A stretch of 64,000 nt of DNA, taken from an uncultured bacterium. GTDB taxonomy: Bacteria; Zixibacteria; MSB-5A5; GN15; FEB-12. Positions 20,201 to 27,939 of the stretch are shown here, one piece after another. The position numbers and the translations under genes were made by a program. The stretch is from assembly GCA_965603125.1 (NCBI GenBank), contig CBFDBU010000002.1:2046-66045 (forward strand). The letters run 5' to 3'. The notes beneath the pieces were generated by a model. It was not told the origin of the DNA and did no database searches. It was given only the letters and a program-made list of their open reading frames with translations. Numbering within the stretch: the stretch's first letter is position 1; each line of letters opens with the position of its first letter.

Positions 20201-20877
20201 TCTACGCGGGCCTTGTGCACGACGGTACCCGCAACGGCGTCATCCTGTTCTCGTCCCGCATGGCTGGACAGTATGACACGAGCAGCGCTGCGATTCTCGA
20301 CTGCCTGACCGGCAAGCTGTATTCCGGCGGTGGCCCGCACGGTCTGTTTATGAACACCTGGGCAGCCGGTCTGGCCTACAGCAACGGCTATCGTTACGGC
20401 CAGTCCACCGGACGAGCGTCGTACTATGCCGAACGGTGCCCCGATGTCGCCGAAACGATGCGCTTTGTGGTCGGCGTGCTTGAACAAGCCGAGGACAACC
20501 CCGGCCTGACCGACTACGCCGTAGCGCAGGTTTTCCTCAGTACCCGAGCGCCCTCGAGGTATGAAGCGCGCGGCGAGGCAATGGCGGCCAATCTGGCCGA
20601 CGGCGTCACCCCCGACGTGGTCAGGGCCTTCCGGCAGAAAGTGCTTGAGATCGGGAGCCGGGACGGCCTGTACGAAGAGTTGAAGTCCCGCATGGAGGCG
20701 GCTTACGGGCCGGTTCTGATCGGTTACGGCCCCCCGTTGTCGGAAAGCAAGGAGGCCAACTTCTTCCTGATCGGGCCGGAGCCGCAGTTTGAGTCATTGG
20801 AGAAGCATATCGAGCAGACGGAAGGCAAGCAGACGATTTATCGCCTCTACCCACGCGACTTCTGGCTGCCGCTGTAA
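17287..20877 (+). CDS. Secreted M16-family (pitrilysin/PreP-like) zinc metalloprotease, 1196 aa
   Basis: The internal ATG 17287 gives the signal peptide MKKLPVLLVVALVLLLGVVPAYAADL. Inverted zinc motif HxxEH as 'GEPHACEHLLLGKG'. Confidence 0.7.
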   Translation: MKKLPVLLVVALVLLLGVVPAYAADLSLEDLQPGQEIHGFKTLNLYDNSSGAAMGARFISTKYGFIIDFMQIESVPQAFFWIKTAPVSSKGEPHACEHLLLGKGNRGRYVAALEDMALSTSTAYTNQVRTCYHFNTAAGEETFYDIFEAKLQAFLHPDFTDEEIRREVCHIGVTTDTETGELTIEEKGTVYTEMVSAFERPGYHVWGPLYRMVYGENHPLTLVSGGDPAVMRSMVPSDMWSFHGETHHLSNMGVVAAVPGDVRIEDFLSRMSSLLSRCQAQPDSSPLPGIGGFDFPPARPVSPGTLILTTYPSEKSADPGYLIYAWPADLELDQNELFMLEIFLETFAGGQTSNLYDLFINSQTRRIDLGANRVYGVADDDLDISIYFVLVGVDNAHVNETMVDSVRSMIVSEVARIHDLADGSDELAQFNREAESRLVQNRKQTEKYLNSPPMFGFRRGVASGWVSLLEDLEDEEGFRKSLVMKDRYHYAESLLTIDRNIWTDYIDHWRLLTKKAYALGAAPSPEILAKEVAAREKRLAGYVDEYREKYGVTDEQEAIAAYKDEFDALTVELKALASKDELPGFIDNPPMTLDDQLNYETIALTGGIPFVASTFENMTSSNVGLALRLDVIPESFLVYVPFLPTVLTDIGVVKDGEVVTYDDMDERLRREVLSLRAYFSDNWQSKRMELVLSGQGNNLEELRNVLGWMDACLYEPYLSTENLPRMRDVIDQSLTGYRNRMKGSEESWVNIPVAAYHHQRNPLFMSANCFLTQTHHYQRLKWLLTDPGGDDDQEELVVFLDALTRFGKDAGRDKLTALLTDIENAIAPSGETVIDTTALADFRADPAALSGVSRENVLEIVKELNVTLSDIPEANLAADWAYLCGEITADIMVTPETALAGIKTVLRLIRRTDNARMFMISNSHDRQTTLETINGLVNKLNSGNPSVRQEYRPVDRIVERLKSRRPNVDKPLYAGLVHDGTRNGVILFSSRMAGQYDTSSAAILDCLTGKLYSGGGPHGLFMNTWAAGLAYSNGYRYGQSTGRASYYAERCPDVAETMRFVVGVLEQAEDNPGLTDYAVAQVFLSTRAPSRYEARGEAMAANLADGVTPDVVRAFRQKVLEIGSRDGLYEELKSRMEAAYGPVLIGYGPPLSESKEANFFLIGPEPQFESLEKHIEQTEGKQTIYRLYPRDFWLPL

Positions 20878-20928
20878 CGACCCGCAATCTGACAGGGATG
20901 CTATGGCATCAATCAGGGCAGGGTTCTC

Positions 20929-20951
20929 ACAGGAGAGTCCTGTCCTTTCTT
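20929..20951 (+). terminator. Short hairpin plus T-rich tail after the M16 gene
   Basis: ACAGGA-gag-TCCTGT followed by 'cctttctt'. Confidence 0.4.
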
Positions 20952-20994
20952 GTGACATTACAAAGCCCAGGAGGGTGCCATCAGTTCGGAATGT

Positions 20995-22203
20995 TTACCT
21001 GCTGTTAGGATCTATTGCTTGCCTGGACGACATATCGGCACTTGTCTTAACAAGACGAAGTTCTTTCAACGTTGTACCCATCATCTGTTTCAAGACAAGG
21101 GTATCACTCAAGTACTGTCGTGAAAATATACCCGTGGGGTTATATTCGTCATCGCACGCTTGGCAACCGGCGGGCCCAAACGGCTGGCTATGCCGTTCCT
21201 GGAATTGAACGCCCTCGCTGACTGCGTACAAGCCGCCTGCCCTGCAAAAGCACATTCCCGTATTGTTCTCTACATCAATCTCGATCAAGTAAGTTTCTTC
21301 GAAGAAAGCAAAGTTGACCCAGTTGAAATGAACTTGCTCCCATGGCGTGCCATAGTCTGAAGTCACGGAATAAATGCCATTATACTCACCGATGAGTGAG
21401 TGAGGTTCAGGATAGCACGGCATAGGGGGCGGCCCGCCTCTAAACATATAGTCTATCAAGTACACCAGATCGGCAATATCCGGCATCAGGGCGTTATCAC
21501 CAGTAATATCCGCCTCCGCCATGCAAACGGGCGGCGGGCCATCCCGGAACATATAATAGACCAGGTAAAGCAGATCAGAGATATCGATAATCTCAGCGCC
21601 GTCGTGGTTGATGTCCCCTCGCAGGTGACAACATGAGGCCGGGTCCACCACCGTATAGCAGTGCGGCCCGTCCCAATCGGGGATAGGTTGGTAGGTGCCG
21701 CTAACCGCCCACTTCCACACCCCTGAAGGCGGGTAGAAGCTCGAATCAAGACAGATAGTCTTACCGTGATGCGCCGCCGCAATCGGCCCTATGGTTATCG
21801 TGTATGCGGTATCATCGAAATCAACAGGGAGCCCGGAAAATATGCTGACAAAGCTGAATCCAATTGTATCCGCGCCGGAACCAGTTACGCTATAGAAATA
21901 GTCATCAATGTAATGGGCAATAGGGAATGTGGCCGCCCAGTCGAGCGTACCAAGAGTGTCGCCTGTGGTCGTATCCCATTCAACGCCATCTTCGGAGTAT
22001 ATTCTGAATCCGTTAGTTATGCCTTTCACGGCCAAGCCTTCAGCATTTGTAATGCGGATGTAGAAAGTCACCATTTGGTCGATCGGTAGTTCGCCCGCTT
22101 CGTACAATCCACCCACCCGTTCAAGCGTAAGACTGCTTTGCTGCGCCACGCCGGATGCGAAAGGCACAATAAGAAGCAAGGTTACAAACAGCTTGAGTTT
22201 CAT
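20995..22203 (-). CDS. Secreted protein 'A': family N-terminal domain + dockerin-type module + Cys-containing C-terminal region; no T9SS tail
   Basis: Signal peptide MKLKLFVTLLLIVPFASGVAQQ; GGAGG RBS. Residues 23-188 are paralogous to B and C ('[14 protein letters not shown]', '[13 protein letters not shown]', '[19 protein letters not shown]', 'DWDGPHCY'). Dockerin duplicate 'GDINHDGAEIIDISDLLYLVYYMF' / 'ADITGDNALMPDIADLVYLIDYMF' lies at 21424-21621. Confidence 0.8.
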   Translation of the reverse strand: MKLKLFVTLLLIVPFASGVAQQSSLTLERVGGLYEAGELPIDQMVTFYIRITNAEGLAVKGITNGFRIYSEDGVEWDTTTGDTLGTLDWAATFPIAHYIDDYFYSVTGSGADTIGFSFVSIFSGLPVDFDDTAYTITIGPIAAAHHGKTICLDSSFYPPSGVWKWAVSGTYQPIPDWDGPHCYTVVDPASCCHLRGDINHDGAEIIDISDLLYLVYYMFRDGPPPVCMAEADITGDNALMPDIADLVYLIDYMFRGGPPPMPCYPEPHSLIGEYNGIYSVTSDYGTPWEQVHFNWVNFAFFEETYLIEIDVENNTGMCFCRAGGLYAVSEGVQFQERHSQPFGPAGCQACDDEYNPTGIFSRQYLSDTLVLKQMMGTTLKELRLVKTSADMSSRQAIDPNSR

Positions 22204-22231
22204 ATTCGCACCTCCATGAAAACAAGATTAC

Positions 22232-22260
22232 ATTGTATTTGTTCGTATCGCGAAAGACAA
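22232..22260 (-). promoter_or_regulatory. Candidate promoter for gene A
   Basis: Minus strand: TTGTCT (22260-22255), 17 nt, TACAAT (22237-22232), about 30 nt before the start codon. Confidence 0.4.
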
Positions 22261-22651
22261 ATCAGCAAATCTCTGTAACTTCACCTCACAGCAGAGCAAG
22301 GCGGGTACCTGCCACACGATTGAAAAAAATCTACTTTCAGGCAATATAGTCGGATTCGGTCCCCGGATCAATACCGGATTGCCGCTCTGGGCACACCGTT
22401 TTGGCTTTCTGACGGCCTCGCTGATATACCTGGCCCGGGCCTGCCAATCAGTCTGAAACCGAAGGAGGTCTTTCTGTGTCTACGAATCTCGTCGCGGGCG
22501 AGCCGGTCAGAAAAGAGCCAATATGCGGGTTCACCTGCCGGCCTGTCAGCCTAACCCATTGTCGGCCAAGCTGCTAAGAAAGCGGGAGGGTGCCTTGGTT
22601 TCTTGTCACCACCGTTGGGAATCGATCGTGACGTAGCCCCCAAAATCGGCG

Positions 22652-22679
22652 TTGACTAACTGGAGAAATCGGTTATATT
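22652..22679 (+). promoter_or_regulatory. Sigma70-type promoter for gene B
   Basis: TTGACT (22652-22657), 16 nt, TATATT (22674-22679). Confidence 0.5.
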
Positions 22680-22748
22680 GCAGGTGGTGCCCGCGAAGGT
22701 GCCGTTACTTTATGAATGCTGAAACTGACAATAAGTGTTAACTCCAAG

Positions 22749-25166
22749 ATGAAGGGCGACAATGTGATAAAACGTCTAACGATGAGCTTTATTCTGGTCG
22801 CTGCCGTGATCTTAGTATCGGGCGCGGCCTACGCACAGGACGCCGCTGTCACGCTGGACACCGTCTACGGCATCAACAACTATGGCGCAGTAGTGACCGA
22901 TGCGGATATCATGTTCCGGATTCACATAGCCAACAACACCGGCGCGGTCGTGAAAGGTATTACCAACGGTTTCCGTGTCTACTCCGAAGACGGCGCTGAG
23001 TGGACTACGAGCGTGGGCGATACTCTTACTACGCTTGAATGGATGCTCACTTTCCCTCTTGTCTTTAAAATTAATCACCAGGGTGTAACCGGCTCTGGCG
23101 CGGATACGATTGGATTCAGTTTCACCAGTATGTTTACCGGGCTGCCCATAGGTTTCGATGACACCGCTTATACGATTACGATCGGTCCTATTAAACCTGA
23201 ATACGACGGCAAGACTATCTGCCTTGATTCGAGTTTCTACCCGGAGTCTGGAGTCTGGAAGTGGGCGATCACCGGTACCGTTTCGTGTTACCCGGACTGG
23301 GACGGACCGCACTGCTATGAGATCTGGGACCCGGATGTAGAGCGCTACACCTTGCAGTCCGATCCAGACGAGATACTGATCGAGGTCCCCGAGGGCGGCC
23401 CCGCCGTCGTCGAAACTTTTGATCTCACGGCCCCCCCTATTCCTGTCCGCGGTGACATCAACTTCGAGGTCACCTGCGACGCCGCCTGGATCAAGGAGAT
23501 CACACCCACCAGCGGTACAATCGGTGCAACTCCGGAGACGATTACAATCAGTATCGTGGACGACGTCAACACTTACCCGGTAGGTGATTCGCTGGACATA
23601 ATTACCGTGACGTCCGACGAAGTCATCAATTCCCCTATCGAGATTCCGGTAACTCTGAGCGTCATCGACGTGACCACGGACAGTGATGGCGATGGGATAG
23701 TTGATTCTGAGGACAACTGCCCCTACGTTGTCAACGAGGACCAGGAAGACGGTGACGTAGATGGTGTCGGCGACGTCTGCGACAACTGCCCGGAGGATTA
23801 CAACAGTTCTCAGACCGATTCCGATGGCGACGGTCTCGGTAACGTCTGTGATCCCTGCAAGTATGATCCCACGCCCGATTATGACGGTGACGGCTTCTGC
23901 AGTACTGACAACTGCCCGGAGGATTACAATCCCGGCCAGGAAGACGGTGACGAGGACGGTGTCGGCGACGCTTGCGACAACTGTCCGGAAACCGCCAACG
24001 CCGACCAGGCCGACGGCGACGGTGACGGATGGGGCGACCTCTGTGACAACTGCGTGGACGATGCCAACCCAATGCAGGTCGATACCGACGATGACGGTAT
24101 CGGTGATGCCTGTGACGCCTGCCCGCTCGATGCGGACAACGACAAGGACAAGGACGGCATCTGTGGCGACGTCGACATCTGCCCCGGGGATGCGGACAAC
24201 GACAAAGACGGTGACGGCATCTGCGGCGACGTCGACAACTGTCCGGATATTCCCAACGCTGATCAGGACGACGCCGACGATGACGGTATCGGAGATGCCT
24301 GCGACAACTGCATCGACACCAAGAATGCTGATCAGAAAGATGAAGAGAAAGACGACGAGGGTGATGTCGTGGGCGATGGCGTGGGCGATGCCTGTGACAA
24401 CTGCGTGGATGACGTCAACCCTATGCAGCTCGATTCTGACGATGACGGGATCGGTGATGTCTGCGACGCCTGCCCGTTCGACCCGGATAACGACAAAGAC
24501 GAAGACGGCATCTGCGGTGACGTCGACATTTGTCCCGAGGATGCGGACAATGACATCGACGGTGACGGTGTCTGCGGAGACGTGGATAACTGCCCGATCA
24601 CCTTCAATCCGGATCAGGTCGACGGTGATTTCGATGGTATCGGCAACGCCTGCGACTCCTGTTATGACACTGATCGCGATAGATACGCCAACCCCGGCTG
24701 GCCGCACACCAACTGTGAGATCGACAACTGCCCCGATCTGCATAATCCTGATCAGACGGATACCGACGAGGACGGCGTTGGCGATCCCTGCGACAACTGC
24801 CCGGAACACGCCAATCCTGATCAGGAAGACAGCGACGGCAACGGTGTCGGCGACGCCTGCGAAGCTACGGACGTTGGCGATGCCAACGAGCCGGGCCTGC
24901 CCGACTATTTTGCTCTGAGACAGAACTATCCTAATCCCTTCAACCCGCTCACGGAGATCAGCTTCGCCCTGCCGTATGCGTCACAGGTCAGGCTGGAGAT
25001 TTTCAATGTGATGGGTCAGAAGATCGCAACGCTGGTTGAGGGTCGTCTTTCCCGCGGCCACCACAGTTACACGTGGGATGGCAGCGGAGCAGCCAGCGGA
25101 GTCTACTTCTACCGTCTGGAAGCTTCCGGATTCAGCGAAACCAGGAAGATGCTACTGCTCAAATAG
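22749..25166 (+). CDS. Secreted protein 'B': family N-terminal domain + Ig-like region + long thrombospondin type-3 (Ca-binding) repeat array + T9SS C-terminal sorting domain
   Basis: Signal peptide '...[24 protein letters not shown]' (start ATG 22749, or the GTG 15 nt downstream). '[14 protein letters not shown]', '[13 protein letters not shown]', '[19 protein letters not shown]', 'DWDGPHCY'. More than 15 'D.D.DG.GD.CDNCP...N..Q.D' units. C-terminus '[17 protein letters not shown]...GVYFYRLEA...RKMLLLK'. Confidence 0.85.
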   Translation: MKGDNVIKRLTMSFILVAAVILVSGAAYAQDAAVTLDTVYGINNYGAVVTDADIMFRIHIANNTGAVVKGITNGFRVYSEDGAEWTTSVGDTLTTLEWMLTFPLVFKINHQGVTGSGADTIGFSFTSMFTGLPIGFDDTAYTITIGPIKPEYDGKTICLDSSFYPESGVWKWAITGTVSCYPDWDGPHCYEIWDPDVERYTLQSDPDEILIEVPEGGPAVVETFDLTAPPIPVRGDINFEVTCDAAWIKEITPTSGTIGATPETITISIVDDVNTYPVGDSLDIITVTSDEVINSPIEIPVTLSVIDVTTDSDGDGIVDSEDNCPYVVNEDQEDGDVDGVGDVCDNCPEDYNSSQTDSDGDGLGNVCDPCKYDPTPDYDGDGFCSTDNCPEDYNPGQEDGDEDGVGDACDNCPETANADQADGDGDGWGDLCDNCVDDANPMQVDTDDDGIGDACDACPLDADNDKDKDGICGDVDICPGDADNDKDGDGICGDVDNCPDIPNADQDDADDDGIGDACDNCIDTKNADQKDEEKDDEGDVVGDGVGDACDNCVDDVNPMQLDSDDDGIGDVCDACPFDPDNDKDEDGICGDVDICPEDADNDIDGDGVCGDVDNCPITFNPDQVDGDFDGIGNACDSCYDTDRDRYANPGWPHTNCEIDNCPDLHNPDQTDTDEDGVGDPCDNCPEHANPDQEDSDGNGVGDACEATDVGDANEPGLPDYFALRQNYPNPFNPLTEISFALPYASQVRLEIFNVMGQKIATLVEGRLSRGHHSYTWDGSGAASGVYFYRLEASGFSETRKMLLLK
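24045..24660 (+). repeat. Tandem duplication (351-bp period) inside the TSP3 array of gene B
   Basis: 'gacaactgcgtggacgatgccaacccaatgcaggtcgat...' at 24045 recurs as 'gacaactgcgtggatgacgtcaaccctatgcagctcgat...' at 24396. At protein level, '[67 protein letters not shown]' matches '[67 protein letters not shown]'. Confidence 0.8.
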
Positions 25167-25191
25167 ACGTCGGTGATTCGATCGAACATTC

Positions 25192-25225
25192 GGGGACAGC
25201 GCCTTACGGCCTGTCCCCTTTTTTG
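25192..25225 (+). terminator. Rho-independent terminator after gene B
   Basis: GGGGACAG (25192-25199) / CTGTCCCC (25211-25218), then TTTTTTG. Confidence 0.7.
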
Positions 25226-25319
25226 TGGTATTCTTCTATGAACCTCGAACAACTGGCGGGAGCCACAGCTCAGACCTCTTGCAGATTGCTGACTGCTGAG
25301 CACGACCGGGCCGCGTGGA

Positions 25320-26232
25320 CTATGGCTGCTCCGGCGACTCGCTCGCTTCCTGCCGCTGAGGTTCCTGCTCGCTGGCCTCCTGTTGAGCCGGCGTCCCGTC
25401 CGGCTGCTCGGCGGGCTCTTCACCGCGGCGAAGGGCGTTGATGATGTTGTTGAGCTTTTCCAGTTCCGAGCGAGCGCGGCCTGCGAAATCGTCATCCTTG
25501 CCGGCATAAAGCACCGAGCGGGAGACGTTGATAACAGCGGTTTTGGTGAAATCGGCGGTGCCAAAAGCTGCAGCCTTCTCAAGCGATCCGCCCTGCGCGC
25601 CCACACCGGGGATCAGAAGCGGCATGTCTCCGGCGAGCGAGCGGATTTCCCTGAGCTGCTCCGGTACCGTAGCGCCCACGACCAGACCACAGTTGTGGTC
25701 CTTGTTCCAGTAGGAGACCTTTTCGGCCACGATCTGATAGACCGGTTTGCCGTCGACGATCAACATCTGGAAATCCCTGGAGCCGGGATTGGACGTCAGG
25801 CAGAGGATAAAGACGCCCTTGTCCTTGCGTTCGATGAACGGCCGGAGGGAGTCGTACCCCAGGTACGGGTTGAGTGTCACCCAGTCCGCCTGGAGTTCGT
25901 CAAACATGGCCTCGGCGTACCGTGCGGCTGTGTTGCCGACGTCGCCGCGCTTGCCGTCCATGATCACCGGGATATCATCCGGGATCCGGTCAACGATAAG
26001 TCGCAACAGCGACAGGCCGTCGGCGCCCAGGCACTCGTAGAAGGCAACATTGGGCTTATAGGCGCAGACTTTGTCTTTGGTGGCCTCGATAATGCGATAA
26101 GCGAACTCGAACATGCCCTTGGTCGTCCGTGAGTAATCGGACGGCATCCTTCGCGGGTCCAGGTCGAGTCCGAGGCAGATCATCGAGTTATTGTCTGATT
26201 GAATCTTCTGAAGTTCCTTGAGAGCTATCATC
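25320..26232 (-). CDS. pyrF: Orotidine-5'-phosphate decarboxylase (long/type-2 form) with an acidic, E/Q/P-rich tail of about 35 aa
   Basis: Internal ATG 26232: MIALKELQKIQSDNNSMICLGLDLDP..., 'MDGKRGDVGNTA', 'LIPGVGAQGG'. C-terminus 'GEEPAEQPDGTPAQQEASEQEPQRQEASESPEQP'. 5-nt overlap with the pyrD stop. Confidence 0.85.
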
Positions 26233-27148
26233 CGTATTTCCTCACCCGGCCAATAAGGTCGTTTACTGTTTTCAGTTTCTTCCGTCGCATGTATTCTTTC
26301 AATCCGCGGACGATCTTCACCGGGATCTCCGGTTCCACGAAGAGAGCCGTTCCCACTTGCACCGCCGTGGCGCCACAGAGCAGGAACTCGACGGCGTCGG
26401 CCCACTCGGCAATGCCGCCGATACCGATAACGGGCAACCGGCAGGCACTGTGGACGGCGCTGACCATCGCCAGGGCAATGGGTTTGACAGCCGGGCCGGT
26501 CAGGCCTCCGGTATTGTTGGTGAGACGAGGCCGCCATGTTTCTATGTCGACAGCGGTGCCGACCACCGAGTTTATGAGCGAGACGGCGTCGGCGCCGCCC
26601 TGCTCGGCCGCCCGGGCGATCTCAACGATGTTGGTGACGTTGGGCGACAGTTTGGCGATGACCGGCCGGGTGAAAACCTGCTTGACGGACTTCACTACCT
26701 CTTCTGTCAGCGACGGGTCGGCCCCGAACTGTAATCCGCCCCGGTCGACATTGGGACAACTGATGTTCAGCTCCACCATGTCCGGATGTTCCACGTCGTT
26801 CAGCCTTCGGCAAACCTCGGTATACTCGCCTATCGTTGATCCGGCCACGTTGACAATCGTCCGGGTCTTCTGGAGGGCGAGAAAGGGGATCTTCTCACCT
26901 ATGAAGCGGTCGACTCCGACGTTGGCCAGCCCGATGGCATTAAGCATACCGGCCGAGGTCTCGGCGACTCTTGGCGGGGGATGCCCCAGCCGGGGTTCGA
27001 GCGTTATTGATTTCGTGACCAGCGCTCCTAATCTCGACAGCGGGAAAACGCGCGCCAGTTCTTCACCGTAGCCGCAGCACCCGGAGGCGGTCCACACCGG
27101 GTTGGCGAACTCGACACCGGCGATAGTGACTCTCAAGTCAGCAGTCAC
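26228..27148 (-). CDS. pyrD: Dihydroorotate dehydrogenase, class 1B catalytic subunit
   Basis: GTG 27148 overlaps the pyrK TGA (GTGA) and follows GGGGAGGTG. 'FANPVWTASGCCGYG', 'ELNISCPN', 'VIGIGGI'. Confidence 0.85.
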   Translation of the reverse strand: MTADLRVTIAGVEFANPVWTASGCCGYGEELARVFPLSRLGALVTKSITLEPRLGHPPPRVAETSAGMLNAIGLANVGVDRFIGEKIPFLALQKTRTIVNVAGSTIGEYTEVCRRLNDVEHPDMVELNISCPNVDRGGLQFGADPSLTEEVVKSVKQVFTRPVIAKLSPNVTNIVEIARAAEQGGADAVSLINSVVGTAVDIETWRPRLTNNTGGLTGPAVKPIALAMVSAVHSACRLPVIGIGGIAEWADAVEFLLCGATAVQVGTALFVEPEIPVKIVRGLKEYMRRKKLKTVNDLIGRVRKYG

Positions 27149-27939
27149 AAGGCCACCTCCCCGATACTGAACACCGGGCCATCGCAGCAAACCCGCGCGT
27201 GCCCGCCGTCGGTCAGCGGTACGACACATCCCAGGCAGACGCCGATGCCGCAGGGCATGGGCGCCTCGAGCGATATCTGACCGGGTACGCCCAGTCTCAG
27301 GGCAAATTCGCTGGTCGCCTTCAGCATCCCCTCCGGGCCGCAGCCGTAGATACGATAGTTGCCATCATCGTGATTCCAGATGAATTCCTCCACCGGCACG
27401 GTGACCAGCCCCTTGCGGCCAAGTGAGCCGTCTTCGGTTACCGGTCTGAAGTTCACTCCCAGTTTCCTTATCCGGCCGCGCTCGATAACATCGCCTGCCC
27501 TGCGACCGCCGTAGAAGAACTCGATACGCTTTGGATCGTGTCCTCTTGACACCATATCATGCGCCAGAAACAGGAGCGGTGGAAACCCGACGCCGCCGGC
27601 CACGATCAGCGTGTGCTCTCTCTTTCCCGGTCGCTTGAAAGGCACTCCCAGCGGGCCCAGGAGGTTGATGGGGTCTCCCGGGCGCAAATGAGCCATCGTC
27701 CGGGTGCCGCGACCGACGAGTTTGAAAATGATCTCAATCTCACCGGCGGAAGGGGACACGGCGGCGACTGAGAAGGCGCGGCGGAAGAAAACACCAGCAC
27801 CCGGCAGCTTCAGGTGCACAAAATGGCCAGGGCGACATCGATTCGCCCGGGAATACGGAGAGAAAGTGAGAGAGTAGTAGTCGTTTCCTAAGTTGCGCCG
27901 TTTTTTCAGGAACGTGTCTTCACACGTCGGTTTTGTCAT
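27145..27939 (-). CDS. pyrK: Dihydroorotate dehydrogenase electron-transfer subunit
   Basis: Ferredoxin-reductase-type FAD/NAD domain ('RAFSVA', 'LIVAGGVGFPP') and a C-terminal 2Fe-2S cysteine cluster 'CGIGVCLGC...CCDGPVF'. Confidence 0.85.
   Translation of the reverse strand: MTKPTCEDTFLKKRRNLGNDYYSLTFSPYSRANRCRPGHFVHLKLPGAGVFFRRAFSVAAVSPSAGEIEIIFKLVGRGTRTMAHLRPGDPINLLGPLGVPFKRPGKREHTLIVAGGVGFPPLLFLAHDMVSRGHDPKRIEFFYGGRRAGDVIERGRIRKLGVNFRPVTEDGSLGRKGLVTVPVEEFIWNHDDGNYRIYGCGPEGMLKATSEFALRLGVPGQISLEAPMPCGIGVCLGCVVPLTDGGHARVCCDGPVFSIGEVAL

Noticed and set aside
22812-24809. 665-aa minus-strand ORF (plus several ORFs of 75-385 aa in other frames) across the TSP3 repeat region
   Set aside because: It is antisense or out of frame relative to gene B. 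GAC/GAT/GGC-rich periodic DNA lacks stops in many frames. The translations are low-complexity (V/I/A/D/T runs), with no signal peptide or RBS, whereas the plus-frame product has clear domain structure.
23690-24850. Regularly spaced short DNA repeats that might suggest a CRISPR array
   Set aside because: The periodicity is codon-level (Asp/Gly/Cys TSP3 units) inside an open reading frame with a signal peptide and a T9SS tail. There are no unique spacers of constant length and no cas genes.
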